In this document: positions 21,201-31,300 of the stretch, piece by piece
Position numbering within the stretch: position 1 is the first letter of the stretch
Layout of the letters: each line of letters opens with the position of its first letter
Assembly: GCA_965214095.1 (NCBI GenBank)
Contig: OZ243938.1
Coordinates: forward strand, 128,001-192,000
Length of the DNA: 64,000 bases
From: Candidatus Poribacteria bacterium
Lineage (GTDB): Bacteria; Poribacteria; WGA-4E; WGA-3G
Direction of reading: 5' to 3'
The notes under the pieces: generated by a model
Database searches by the model: none
Told to the model about the DNA's origin: nothing
The model's input: the letters and a program-made list of their open reading frames with translations, nothing else
Translations under genes and position numbers: made by a program

Positions 21201-24200
21201 TGCTATAGAGAATGTGATAGGACTTGTCTGCGTGAATTTCGGTGCATCGTTCGCATCGGTGACGTTAATTGTAACAGTGATTTCGTCCTCAAGGCTGCCA
21301 TCGGATACGGTGACCGTCACCGTATAGGAGTCTTTCGTTTCAAAGTCTAATGCATCCTTTGTCCGTAGTTGTCCGCTTGTGCTATTGATACTAAACGCTG
21401 CTGCATTCGTGCCACCGAGCGTATATTCCAATTCGTCTTCGTCAGCATCGGAGGCTTCCACAGCATCCCCGATATCTAACCCTGTCCCGGTATTCTCTGC
21501 AACTGAACGTGTTGCCGTTTCCCCTTCAGAGAATTCTGGTGCGGTATTCTCGTCTACATCGGTGACATTGATTGTAACCTCTATGGTTGCCTCGCCGCCA
21601 TTGTCATCAGAAACAGTAATTTCCACAGAATAAGATTTCTTTTCTTCAAAATCTAACGCTGCATTGGTTCTCAACTGTCCGTTTGTGCTATTGATACTAA
21701 ACGATGTTTCATCTGTGCCACCGAGCGTGTATGTTAGTGTATCTTCATCTGCATCTGTGGCAGTAACCGCGTCCCCGATGTCTTCACCGGAACCAGTATT
21801 TTCTGCAACGGAACGCGTGGTATCCGCGCCTTCTTCGAACACAGGTGCACGGTTCTCATCTACATCCCTAACCATAATAGAAATCTCAATACTAACGGAT
21901 AGTTCACCATCAGATACCTTGAGTGCTACAGAATAGGAGGACGTATCCTCATAATCGAGGGCTGCTTTGGTCTGTAATCTTTTAGTCGTGCTATTGAAAT
22001 CAAACGATTCTGCATCATCACCTTCAAGGGTATATGTTAACGTAGTGTTCTCATCTGGATCCGTTGCAACAAAAGCGCGTCCGAAATCTACACCTGAAGC
22101 CGTATTTTCAGCGACGCGTCGTGTCGTGCTTTCACCATCTTCGAATGCAGGTGCTTCGTTGACGTTTGACACATTGATTGTGACGGTGATCTCGTCTTCA
22201 AGGCTACCATCCGACACGGTGACCGTCACCGTATATGAATTCTTATCTTCATAGTCCAGGGCAGCACTTGTTTTGAGTTGTCCTGTTTCATCGTCAATGC
22301 TGAAAGAAGAAGCATCCGTACCACTGAGTAGATAAGCAAGCGTTTCGCTGTCCTCGTCTGTTGCAGCGATTGCCTCACCAATATCAGTGTCCTCTGCCGT
22401 ATTCTCTGGCACAGATCGGGTTGTGTCCTCTCCGTCTGAGAAGACAGGCGCGATATTTGAAGGTGTCTCGTCTAAATCTCTCACAGATATAGATACTGTA
22501 ATAGAATCGCTCAAACTACCATCGGTAACGGACACAGTGACCGTGTATGAGTCTTTATCTTCAAAATCAAGAGGTGCTTTTGTTTTGAGTTGTCCTGTCT
22601 TTTCATCAATACTAAACGAAACGGAATCCGTACCACCGAGACTATATGTCAGTGTAGTGTTAGCATCTACATCCGTAGCGGACACTGCGGCACCGATGTT
22701 AATGTTGGCTTTAACGTTTTCTGCAATGGAACGCGTCGTGGTTTCCGCACTAAACACTGGTGCCTCATTGACGTTTGACACGTTGATTGTAACCTCTACG
22801 CTATCACTACTTCCCTCACCATCTGAGACATTCACAATCACCGTATATGCGGATTTGGATTCGTAGTTAAGTTCCGATTTTGTTTTCAATTGTGCAGTCT
22901 CAGTATCAATGTCAAATTCTGCGGCATCCGTGCCACCAAGACTATAAGTCAACGTGTCATCGTCATCGTCTGTTGCTGAGACCGGACTACCTATATTAGT
23001 GTCTGCATCTGTGTTCTCAGGAACTGAGACCGTGATGTCATCTGAAGCAAACTCAGGTGAGTTGTTCGTAGGTGCTTCGTCTACATCGGTGAGATTGATT
23101 GTTACAGTGATGCTATCGCTTCCACCTTCACTATCGGAGACATTTACTGTTACCGTATATGATGACTTTGTCTCATAATCAAGTGATGCACTTGTTCTTA
23201 TCTGTCCATTCGTGCTATTGATACTAAATGAAGATGCATCAGTTCCACTAAGACTGTATGTCAATGTGTCTTCATCCTCATCGGTAGCAGACACAGCACT
23301 CCCAATGTCTACACCAGAACCTGTGTTTTCTGCAATGGAACGAGTTGCAGTACTACCTTCCGTAAACTCGGGTGCAGTGTTGGCAGATCTCTTGTCCACA
23401 TCGGAGACATTGATTGTGACAGTGATACTATCACTGCCTTCATTCCCATCAGAAACATTTACTTTTACCGTATAAGACGACTTATCTTCATAATCCAAAG
23501 CTGCACTTGTTCTTATCTGTCCATTGGTACTATTGATACTAAAAGATTCTGCATCTGTACCGCTAAGACTATAGGTTAGTGTGTCTTTATCCGCATCGGT
23601 GGCGGACACAGTACTTCCGATATCTACACCGGAACCCGTATTCTCAGCTATTGAACGTGTGGCAGAGTCACCTTCTGTGAATTCAGGTGCGTTATTTGGA
23701 GGATCATCTTTTACATCTGTTGTTTCATCAACTACTGCTGTTTCATCTATGTCGGTGATGTTAATTGTGACATCTATAGAGTCTGAAAGACTACCATCAG
23801 AAACTGTGAGTGTGACCGAATATGAACTCTTAGTTTCATAATCCAGTGCTGCTGATGTTTGCAACTGTCCTGAAGTACTATTGATACTAAATGAAGATGC
23901 GTCAGTTCCACTAAGACTGTATGTCAATGTGTCTTCATCATCATCGGTAGCGGACACAGCACTCCCAATGTCTACACCGGAATCTGTATTCTCTGCAACG
24001 GTTCGTGTGGTACTACTACCCTCTGTGAAGACAGGGGCGCGGTTTTCATCTACATCAGTCACACTGATGGCGACTGTGATAGTGTCGGTTAGACTACCAT
24101 CTGATACTGTTACAGTTACCGAAAATGATGATTTGGTTTCATAGTCAAGGGCTGCTTTGGTTTTGAATTGACCTGTGTTCGCGTCAATATTAAAAGATGT

Positions 24201-26516
24201 TGCATCTGTCCCACTCATACTATATGTTAGGTCATCACTGTTTGCATCCGTTGCCGAGACTGCACTGCCAATATCAACACCGGCTTCAGTGTTTTCTGGA
24301 ATGGTGCGCGTCGCAGTTGTGCCTTCTGTGAACACAGGAGCAACATTAATCTTGCTGAAAACCTCCAATGGTAGTTCAGGAGATTTGGAAAACGCGTACC
24401 CAGTATGACCAGTAGGCAGACTTGGCAAAATACCGATGTCAACAGTGACAGCATCATAAGTGTTAGGCGTACGAATGACGGTTAGTGGTTGACTTTCCAC
24501 ACTCCCAGCACGGATCGTTATTGTGGTCACATTATCGGCAAGGTTACCACTTGTGACGGTGATCGGTAAGACAATATCTGTGGGTGCACCACTCGGTAGG
24601 ACAGCTATGATTTGGTTTGTACCGATTTTTTGTAATGATACAGTAAACGGAAGTGGATCAACGCTGTTGCCACGCAAATCTAATACCGATAGAGATGTCA
24701 AACCTACAAATATACCATTGGGAAGTCCTGATAATTGGTTATTGCTCAAGTTGAGGGTTGTCAATGACAACAAACCTGAAAAATCATCTGAAGCAAGGTC
24801 GGTTATGGAACTATTATTCAGATCGAGAGATGTAATAGTTGCTAAGTGAAACTCACTAATATTCCGACAGTCTTCTATATTCTCAAAAGCTTCAACAATC
24901 GCATCACTCACTTGTAACGTCCTGTTGCAGACTTTGGATTTGGCAAGGATATAGCCGTAATGGTTCGCTGGAAGTGATGGCAACTCGCCAATGCTAATTT
25001 CAGCACCAGTCGCTGTGAAAGACGCACTTTCAAGAGACCCTTTAGGTATAGTAACTGTTGCAGTATTCCCACCATCAATTGGTAGTAAAATGTCATAAGG
25101 AGCACCAGTCGGTATAATTGCATTGAACGCATTCTCATCAACTTGCTGCAATGAAACAATCAAAGGGAATGGGTCAATCTGGTTACCACCTAAACGTAGA
25201 CTTGTAAGAGAGGTCAAACCATGAAAGATTCCTACCGGTAGGCTGCTCAACATGTTACCGTATAGATTAAGACTGGTTAATCCTGTCAACCCAGAAAAAT
25301 CTCCTGATTTAAGTGATGCAATATTACTATTACGGAAATCCAGACTGGTAATGGCTGCAAGGTGTGCTGCGGTCACATCAGATGCATCGGTCACACCCGA
25401 AATGGCTTCGACAATCGCATCTTGCACTTCTTGCGTGCGTTCACTCACAGGTAGGAAAGTCGAGGTAATAGGTGTATCGTTGACATCAATAACTCTAATA
25501 ATCACAGAAATGGTTGCTGTAAGTTCGTTATCGGAAGCCGTAACGGATACGACGTAGACGCGTTTCGTTTCGTAATCCAAATCTGCCTTCGTTTTAAGCT
25601 GACCAGTTGCACTCTCAATATCAAATGAACCGGCATCTATTCCGCTCAGTGTATATGTCAATTGATCGTTATTGACATCTGATGCTGAGATAGGACTTCC
25701 GATATTTATACCATTATCCGTATTTTCAACGACAGATCGGGTAGTGATTGTTCCGTCAGTAAATGTAGGTGCAGTGTTTTCTTGTACATCAGTTGTATCG
25801 GTAGTATCAGTTGTATCGGTAGTATCAGTAGTTTCTATTACAGCACTGATAACTTCAAGTGGTAACCCCTCAGATGTCGTCAGCGCATAACCGTAATGGT
25901 TTTGTGGCAAAGTGGGTAAAGTGCCAATATTTGCTGAGACAGCCGCCGTAGAGTTTGCTGTGCGGGTAACAGTAACCGCATCACTTTCTGTTGCACCTAT
26001 AGAGATCGTCAGACTTGTTGTACTATCGGAGAGCGATGCATTTGTAACGCTGATTGGGACTTGAATATTAAAAGGTGCACCTGTTGGTGCTATCGCTTTG
26101 AATTGATCCTCACCAACTTTTTCAAGCGTAACGGTGATGGGAATAGGGTCAACGGTGTTGCTTCCTAATCGCAAGCTTGTCAGAGCAGTCAATCCCTCAA
26201 AGATACCATTTGGCAAACTGCTGAGTTCATTGTTGTATAGATTCAGATTAGTTAAACCTGTCAATCCTGCGAAATCACCGGATTTCAGTTCAGTGATGCC
26301 TTTGCCTCTAAGGTCAATACTTGTTATTTCTGCTAAATGTGTGTTGGTTACGTCTGTTGCGGTGTTGACACCTGCAGCAGTCACGATTGCATCGCGTACC
26401 TCTGCTGTGCGATCACTCACATCCGCATACGTTGATACACCCAGAGTCAATAATATCGTCCATAAGACAATAAAAGTCGATTTTGTCCAACTGCTTCTCA
26501 TAGTATTCATTTTCAT
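18270..26516 (-). CDS. Giant secreted cadherin-repeat/LRR protein with T9SS-CTD/FlgD-Ig-like tail (paralog B, 2748 aa)
   Basis: Signal peptide (..LGVSTYA), 3 cap-LRR-Ig modules, about 15 cadherin repeats, one long distal LRR block (about 12 repeats) and a YPNPFNPETW..RKMLIRK tail. An AAGGA-type RBS lies upstream. Confidence 0.92.
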   Translation of the reverse strand: MKMNTMRSSWTKSTFIVLWTILLTLGVSTYADVSDRTAEVRDAIVTAAGVNTATDVTNTHLAEITSIDLRGKGITELKSGDFAGLTGLTNLNLYNNELSSLPNGIFEGLTALTSLRLGSNTVDPIPITVTLEKVGEDQFKAIAPTGAPFNIQVPISVTNASLSDSTTSLTISIGATESDAVTVTRTANSTAAVSANIGTLPTLPQNHYGYALTTSEGLPLEVISAVIETTDTTDTTDTTDTTDVQENTAPTFTDGTITTRSVVENTDNGINIGSPISASDVNNDQLTYTLSGIDAGSFDIESATGQLKTKADLDYETKRVYVVSVTASDNELTATISVIIRVIDVNDTPITSTFLPVSERTQEVQDAIVEAISGVTDASDVTAAHLAAITSLDFRNSNIASLKSGDFSGLTGLTSLNLYGNMLSSLPVGIFHGLTSLTSLRLGGNQIDPFPLIVSLQQVDENAFNAIIPTGAPYDILLPIDGGNTATVTIPKGSLESASFTATGAEISIGELPSLPANHYGYILAKSKVCNRTLQVSDAIVEAFENIEDCRNISEFHLATITSLDLNNSSITDLASDDFSGLLSLTTLNLSNNQLSGLPNGIFVGLTSLSVLDLRGNSVDPLPFTVSLQKIGTNQIIAVLPSGAPTDIVLPITVTSGNLADNVTTITIRAGSVESQPLTVIRTPNTYDAVTVDIGILPSLPTGHTGYAFSKSPELPLEVFSKINVAPVFTEGTTATRTIPENTEAGVDIGSAVSATDANSDDLTYSMSGTDATSFNIDANTGQFKTKAALDYETKSSFSVTVTVSDGSLTDTITVAISVTDVDENRAPVFTEGSSTTRTVAENTDSGVDIGSAVSATDDDEDTLTYSLSGTDASSFSINSTSGQLQTSAALDYETKSSYSVTLTVSDGSLSDSIDVTINITDIDETAVVDETTDVKDDPPNNAPEFTEGDSATRSIAENTGSGVDIGSTVSATDADKDTLTYSLSGTDAESFSINSTNGQIRTSAALDYEDKSSYTVKVNVSDGNEGSDSITVTINVSDVDKRSANTAPEFTEGSTATRSIAENTGSGVDIGSAVSATDEDEDTLTYSLSGTDASSFSINSTNGQIRTSASLDYETKSSYTVTVNVSDSEGGSDSITVTINLTDVDEAPTNNSPEFASDDITVSVPENTDADTNIGSPVSATDDDDDTLTYSLGGTDAAEFDIDTETAQLKTKSELNYESKSAYTVIVNVSDGEGSSDSVEVTINVSNVNEAPVFSAETTTRSIAENVKANINIGAAVSATDVDANTTLTYSLGGTDSVSFSIDEKTGQLKTKAPLDFEDKDSYTVTVSVTDGSLSDSITVSISVRDLDETPSNIAPVFSDGEDTTRSVPENTAEDTDIGEAIAATDEDSETLAYLLSGTDASSFSIDDETGQLKTSAALDYEDKNSYTVTVTVSDGSLEDEITVTINVSNVNEAPAFEDGESTTRRVAENTASGVDFGRAFVATDPDENTTLTYTLEGDDAESFDFNSTTKRLQTKAALDYEDTSSYSVALKVSDGELSVSIEISIMVRDVDENRAPVFEEGADTTRSVAENTGSGEDIGDAVTATDADEDTLTYTLGGTDETSFSINSTNGQLRTNAALDFEEKKSYSVEITVSDDNGGEATIEVTINVTDVDENTAPEFSEGETATRSVAENTGTGLDIGDAVEASDADEDELEYTLGGTNAAAFSINSTSGQLRTKDALDFETKDSYTVTVTVSDGSLEDEITVTINVTDANDAPKFTQTSPITFSIAEHTAANVNIGSPFPATDQDGDDFEYSIGGTDGSSFDIDTDTGQIKTKDGLNHEASASHSVTVTVTDDSGESNNSASINVTINVTDANDAPTFSETSPATRAIAENTVADTNIGTPVAATDEDGDDLEYSLGGTDADSFSIDDETGQIKTKDALDFEDDASYSVTVTATDDSGESNNSATIDVDINITDVTENRPPTFSVNSFDYRISNINDVSVGDSIGDALTATDPDNDTLTYSVSGNDAAKFDIDNSGQLKVTQALIDDTKSNYSIKVVADDSNGGKAEVSGTVTAALRISMQVVNNTPTFDETAPVTRSIAENTPADTDIGEPVSASDDDTDDTLTYSLEGTDASSFSIVTTSGQLKTSAPLDYENKDSYSVTVKVTDDSGVSNASATIDVTINVTDVDEGITPVSERTAGVRDAIVAAVDGVNSADDVTAEHLAAITSLSIIGGYISRGNWSPKLTALQAGDFDGLTGLTELSLLFNALPTLPDGIFDGLTALESLELPFNGMTSLPDNIFAELSNLTYLDLGVNNFTTLSSGMFNGLSALEHLDLYNDEDQTDSQLASLPVGVFDELTSLKNIQLWGNKLTTLPAGIFDKNTNLEELIIYYNGLTTLPAGIFDKNSELKHLGLHINNLASLPADMFDNNSKLNYLNLLQNGLSALPDGIFDGLTNLNQLNLSSNDLTTLPSGIFENNTNLRYLNIASNNISSLPANTFSSLTKLTNLYMGGNNLSTLPDGLFVGLTKLTSFEGGGLTLKVKLEKVADGQFKAVCPVGVPSKFHIHPHPTVTNGYIDPDERTGAFDTGEDYFYDILIKVGQSESGIIDVIRTAGTTDAVTVNLTDVKSQRGIYNHGYNFVVDTDSLPIEVIPAVPPGPSNSIEIPDNTQLLSNYPNPFNPETWIPYQLSKPADVSLTIYNTRGVVVRKLVLGHQKAGFYKDRRQAAYWDGRNSNGEKVAAGIYFITFNADDYTSTRKMLIRK

Positions 26517-26564
26517 AATAGATTCCTTTCGGTGTTGACCATAGACATATCATTTTTAAATAAC

Positions 26565-26715
26565 TTCTGACCTGCTGCTATGAAGGTGTAAAAATAAGGA
26601 CCAGTTGCGATTCTTATCAATGCAGTCTAGTTCATCCCAATGTTTAGTACCGCCTCGGGTGGCAGAATATCTGCGTGCCAACGGCTTAACGAGTGCACCA
26701 TTCGTGGCGTTAACC
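26565..26715 (-). pseudogene. Decayed relic of a FlgD-Ig/T9SS-CTD-like tail
   Basis: Minus-strand translation NATNGALVKPLARRYSATRGGTKHWDELDCID, then after a frameshift IATGPYFYTFIA. This aligns by eye to YNMRGVVVRRL..RSRAAHWDGRNAIGEKVAAGVYFYTFKA of the neighbouring genes. Confidence 0.6.
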
Positions 26716-26919
26716 GGAACAAAAAGAGGAGTATGTCCCGGTTGTTGCCACGATTTTTGGACTTGTCAGCTCCTGCTATTTACGATGACTGATTGATTCT
26801 GATAGTATCTCTATTCAAGTGAAATCCCTTTCGTTATAGTTTTGGTTACTTTTCTGAGTTCTCTACGATTAATGTCTAGCGATTCGGCCACTGTTTCTAC
26901 TGTTCCTCTTGTTGTGTAC

Positions 26920-28357
26920 TCAGAATTTTAATTCTGTCCACGAACAGATAGACCTACTTTTTGCAGACACAAACCCATGCATGCGAACGGTAACTAACTG
27001 AGTCTGATCTCCAGCATACGAGACATCCTCAAGACGATAATAGTAATCCGTATTAGGCTTGGCGGTGGTGTCTATCCAAGTGTATTCGGTGCGTTCTGCT
27101 GTTGTGCCTGACCCTATGACCATATTTGAGTTGACTATCCTGAATTCGCCACTCTTTGTTTCGCTGCGATAGATATGGAAACCTGCGTTGTCTACCTCCG
27201 ATTCGGTTGTCCATTTCAGCACAACACTTACATCAGTACGTTCTGCTCAGAATTGTCACTCGGATTGTTACAGATAAGCTGCTATCACTTACAATCACCT
27301 CTATTTCGTAGCTTTGCTGTGTTTGATAATCCAATGCTGCAAAGGTCAACAACTGTCCTGTGTTTTCATCAATCCGAAAGGATTCAGCATTGTGTCCGCC
27401 AAGTTGATATATGAGCGTATCACTACTATCGGGATCGGTTGCTAAGATGGGATTGCCGATATTGCTATCAGCACCTGTGTTTTCTGCAATTGATCGTGAG
27501 GTGGATAGACCTTCCGTAAATGACGGTGGACTGTTCTCAGGTTCTACATCAGTGACCTCAACTATAACTTCAATAGAATCCGTATTGACTACATTTCCAG
27601 GATTGCTATTTCTGTCTGATGCATTTTCATGATCACTATCATCAACACCTAACGTGAATGAATATGTATTATTGCCATCTTCATCAACAGGTGCTTCAAA
27701 ATCAAGCCGAGTAGATAACACTAATTGCGCACTACCATCAAATTCCATAAGAGAGAAATAATTGCTATCAGGTGTGTCCTGAAGGCTATATTTCAAACTA
27801 TTCTTTCCTTCATCAAGATGTATGTCATCTCCATCTGTGGCATTTATCACAACACCAATATTACTACCGACCTCTTGACTTTCTGGTATGGTGATTCGGA
27901 TCGGACCCTCCGATGAAAATTCTGGTGAATGTTCGTTTAGGTTGTTCACCAGAATAATAAGAATCATAGAGTCATGGTTCAAATACTGATCCATAACCCG
28001 AATTTTAACTTTATATTTTCTCTTTACCTCATAATCCAATTCAGTGACTGTTGTCACTGCACCGTTACGAAGGTCAATTGCAAAGTCGTCAGAGTCTCTT
28101 CCATACCAAGCATCAATCATATATTCCATTGGTTCATCTCCTGGATGCGATGCTGTTATTGTTATTAAATGTGTCCCAATGGCTTCCCCCTCATCCACAT
28201 TCGTATAAGATTCATGACTTGGAAGTCTGGGTGAATCATCACCATGTGGATGTGCATAAACCTGATTCCAGATGTCAAAACACATGTATTGATATAGAAC
28301 AGATGTTAGAAAAGTTATCAACAGACAAATTGTTCGGTTTGAGTTATTAATTCTCAT
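26920..28357 (-). pseudogene. Small secreted cadherin protein (3 repeats) out of frame with its C-terminal beta-sandwich domain
   Basis: ORF 27233..28357 (signal peptide plus cadherin repeats) ends abruptly at VTILSRTY*. The adjacent frame reads F*AERTDVSVVLKWTTESEVDNAGFHIYRS...WTELKF (ORF 26920..27222). This fits a small deletion or frameshift at about 27245-27255. Confidence 0.7.
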
Positions 28358-28387
28358 GAAACCTTCCCTTGTTTCATTTTGTAGAAT

Positions 28388-31300
28388 TTACTTTCGTATC
28401 AACATTTTTTGCGTAGCATAAAAATCTCCTGCTCTGATAGTGACGAAGTAGACTCCTGTTGCCACCTTCTCCCCGATGTTGTTTCTTCCATCCCAATGTG
28501 CCGCACGGCTTCTGCTGGTATAGAAACCCGCATTTTGATGACCAATTGCCAACTCACGTACCACCACACCACGCATATTGTAGATTGTCAACATAACATC
28601 CGCTGACTCTGACAACTGATACGGTATCCATGTCTCTGGGTTAAATGGATTCGGGAAGTTGGGTAAGAATGCAGTATCTTTGGGAACTTGTTGCTTATTT
28701 GATGGTGCTCCAGCAGGTTCACTAAAACCGTCTAATGCTGGAGGATCCGTTAATGTATAACCGCTATGATGACTTGGTGGATCTGTAACAGTCTGCAATA
28801 TCACACTGACTTCATCCCAATCGAATTTGTCATCGCGTGCAATTGTAATCGTTTCACTATCAGTGTTACCTTTGGCAATTGTAAGTTCGGGTCTATCCGG
28901 CCCAGTTTCATCCCCAACGTAACCTTTGACTATCCAAACCTGAGCAGTCATAGGATACGGTGCACCTGCTGGAATGACGATTTTGAATTTATTGTTTTCT
29001 ACTTTCTCTAAAGTAACCGTAAGGTCGAGTTCTCCTGCTTCTTGTTGGCTTAAGTAGAGATAATTTAACGCTGTAAGGTTGACGAATAAACCATTCGGAA
29101 AAGTCGTTAATTTATTGCTTCTCATGTTGAGTGTTGTGAGAGAAGTTAGCTTTTGAAAAATGGTTCCGGGTAGCGAACTCAACTCGTTACGTTCAAGGCT
29201 AATGGCTACCAGTGAGGTTAACGGATCGAAGATACCGGATGGCAGTGTGGTCAGTTTGTTATTCGACAATGTGAGATTGGTTAACGCAGATAAACCATCA
29301 AAAGCATCTGAGGGTAAAGATGCCAATCCGTTTTCACTTAGATTAAGATTTGTTAGTGCAGTGAGATTATCAAAGACACTGGATGGGACCGTGGTTAATT
29401 TATTATTATTCAATGGAAGGTTAGTTATACCACTCAAACTATCAAATAAACCTGCGGGTAAGGAAGCGATTTCGTTGTAACTTAAATTAATCTCCTCCAA
29501 TGCAGTAAGACCCTCAAAGTCATCTGAGGCAAATGTTTCAATATCTCCACCGCCAAGATTGAGAACCTTTAAGCTTGACATATCGTCAAAGAGACCATCA
29601 GGTAATGCTGTGAAATCGTTTCCCGCCAGCGATAAAGTCTCAAGAGAAGTTAGATCTGCAATAACATCAGGCACAGTTTCAAAATAATTTCCTTCAGTAT
29701 CAAGGGATGTTAGTAAAGTGAGACTGTCAAATATGCCATCTGGTAGGGTGGTTAAACTGTTATAACTAATATCAAGTGACGTTAATTGCGTGAGTGAGTC
29801 AAAAACACTATCTTGTAATGAATCAATGCCATTAACTTCTAAATCAAGTTTTTGTAGTGATGTCAAGTCGTCAAAGATATTATCTGGAAGAGACTCTAAG
29901 AAAATATTCCCTGTTAATGAAAGTGAAGTTAGTCCTGTGAGTCCGCTGAAATCACCTCCCATAAGTTCATAAATACTGTCACTGATACCTGGTGCTGAAT
30001 AGGAAAGGCTTGTAATGGCTGCAAGGTGTTCAGCAGTTACATCCGCGGCATCATCTACATCCGTAATAGCATCAAGAATCGCATCTCTTATTTGCTGTGT
30101 GCGATCACTAACAGGAACAAAGGCACCAGACTCGTCGGTTATATTGATCGTAACTATGATCGTATCCGTTGCCCCAGCGGCATCCGTCACTTTAACTGTC
30201 ACTGTGTATATGCTTTTCGTTTCATAGTCTAATTCATCCTTCGTTTTTAATTGACCCGTGCTGCTATTGATGTCAAACGAAGCTGCATCTGTGTCCGTGT
30301 CTTCAAGTGAGTAAGTTAATGTGTCATTTTCATCTGCATCCGTTGCAGACACAGGGTCACCGATCGGTGTATTGGAGAGTGTATTCTCACCAACCGAACG
30401 ATTCGCCGTTTCACCTTCATCAAATACGGGGGCATTGTTCGGCTCAGCACGGGTAACATTAACAGTCACATCGACCCATGAAGATTGTCTAACGACAGAG
30501 GCAAATACCCTAAAAGAATAGGAGAGTCTTCTATCGTCAATGAGTTCTGTTGTAGCTTTCAGCTGTCCCGTTTCACTATCAATATCAAATAGATCGCCAA
30601 CAACAACGACACTGTATGTGATCGTCTCACCCTCAGGATCCACGGCTACATAAGCATCACCGATAGCATCTCCATCCGATAAATTATTTATGTTGTCTAT
30701 ATCAATAGTCGTAGGTGCTGTAGTAAATACGGGACGTTCATTTACTGCTGTAACATTGATCGTTACGGGAATGGTCGTACTATTATTCTCTTCACCACTA
30801 TCTTCTGTTGCTGTAACGGTCACGCTATAGGTTGTCTGTGCGTTTGCAGCGTCAACATCCAGTTCATCCTTTGTTTTCAACTGTCCTGTGCTTGTATCAA
30901 AATCAAATGATGCCGCATCTGTCCCACCAAGGCTATAGGTAATGGTATCCCCATCTTGGTCAGTCGCAGCAATTGGACCACCGATGGCTGTATCTACAGC
31001 AGTAGTCTCAGGAACAGAACGGGTCGCACTCTCACCATCAACAAACGTGGGTGCATCGTTGACATCTCTGACAGAAATAGTCACTGTGATTGATGAACTA
31101 CCACTATTTGTGTCAGTAGCAACAACTCTTACGGTGTAGGTTGACTTCGTTTCATGGTCAAGTGCGTTCTTCATTGTTATCTGTCCTGTGGTATGATCAA
31201 TATCAAACGATGTCCTATCTGGACCTCTCAATGTATATGTGATTGTGTCACCTTCCAGATCCGTCGCAGAAACAGGTTGTCCAATGTTTGTATCTATCGG

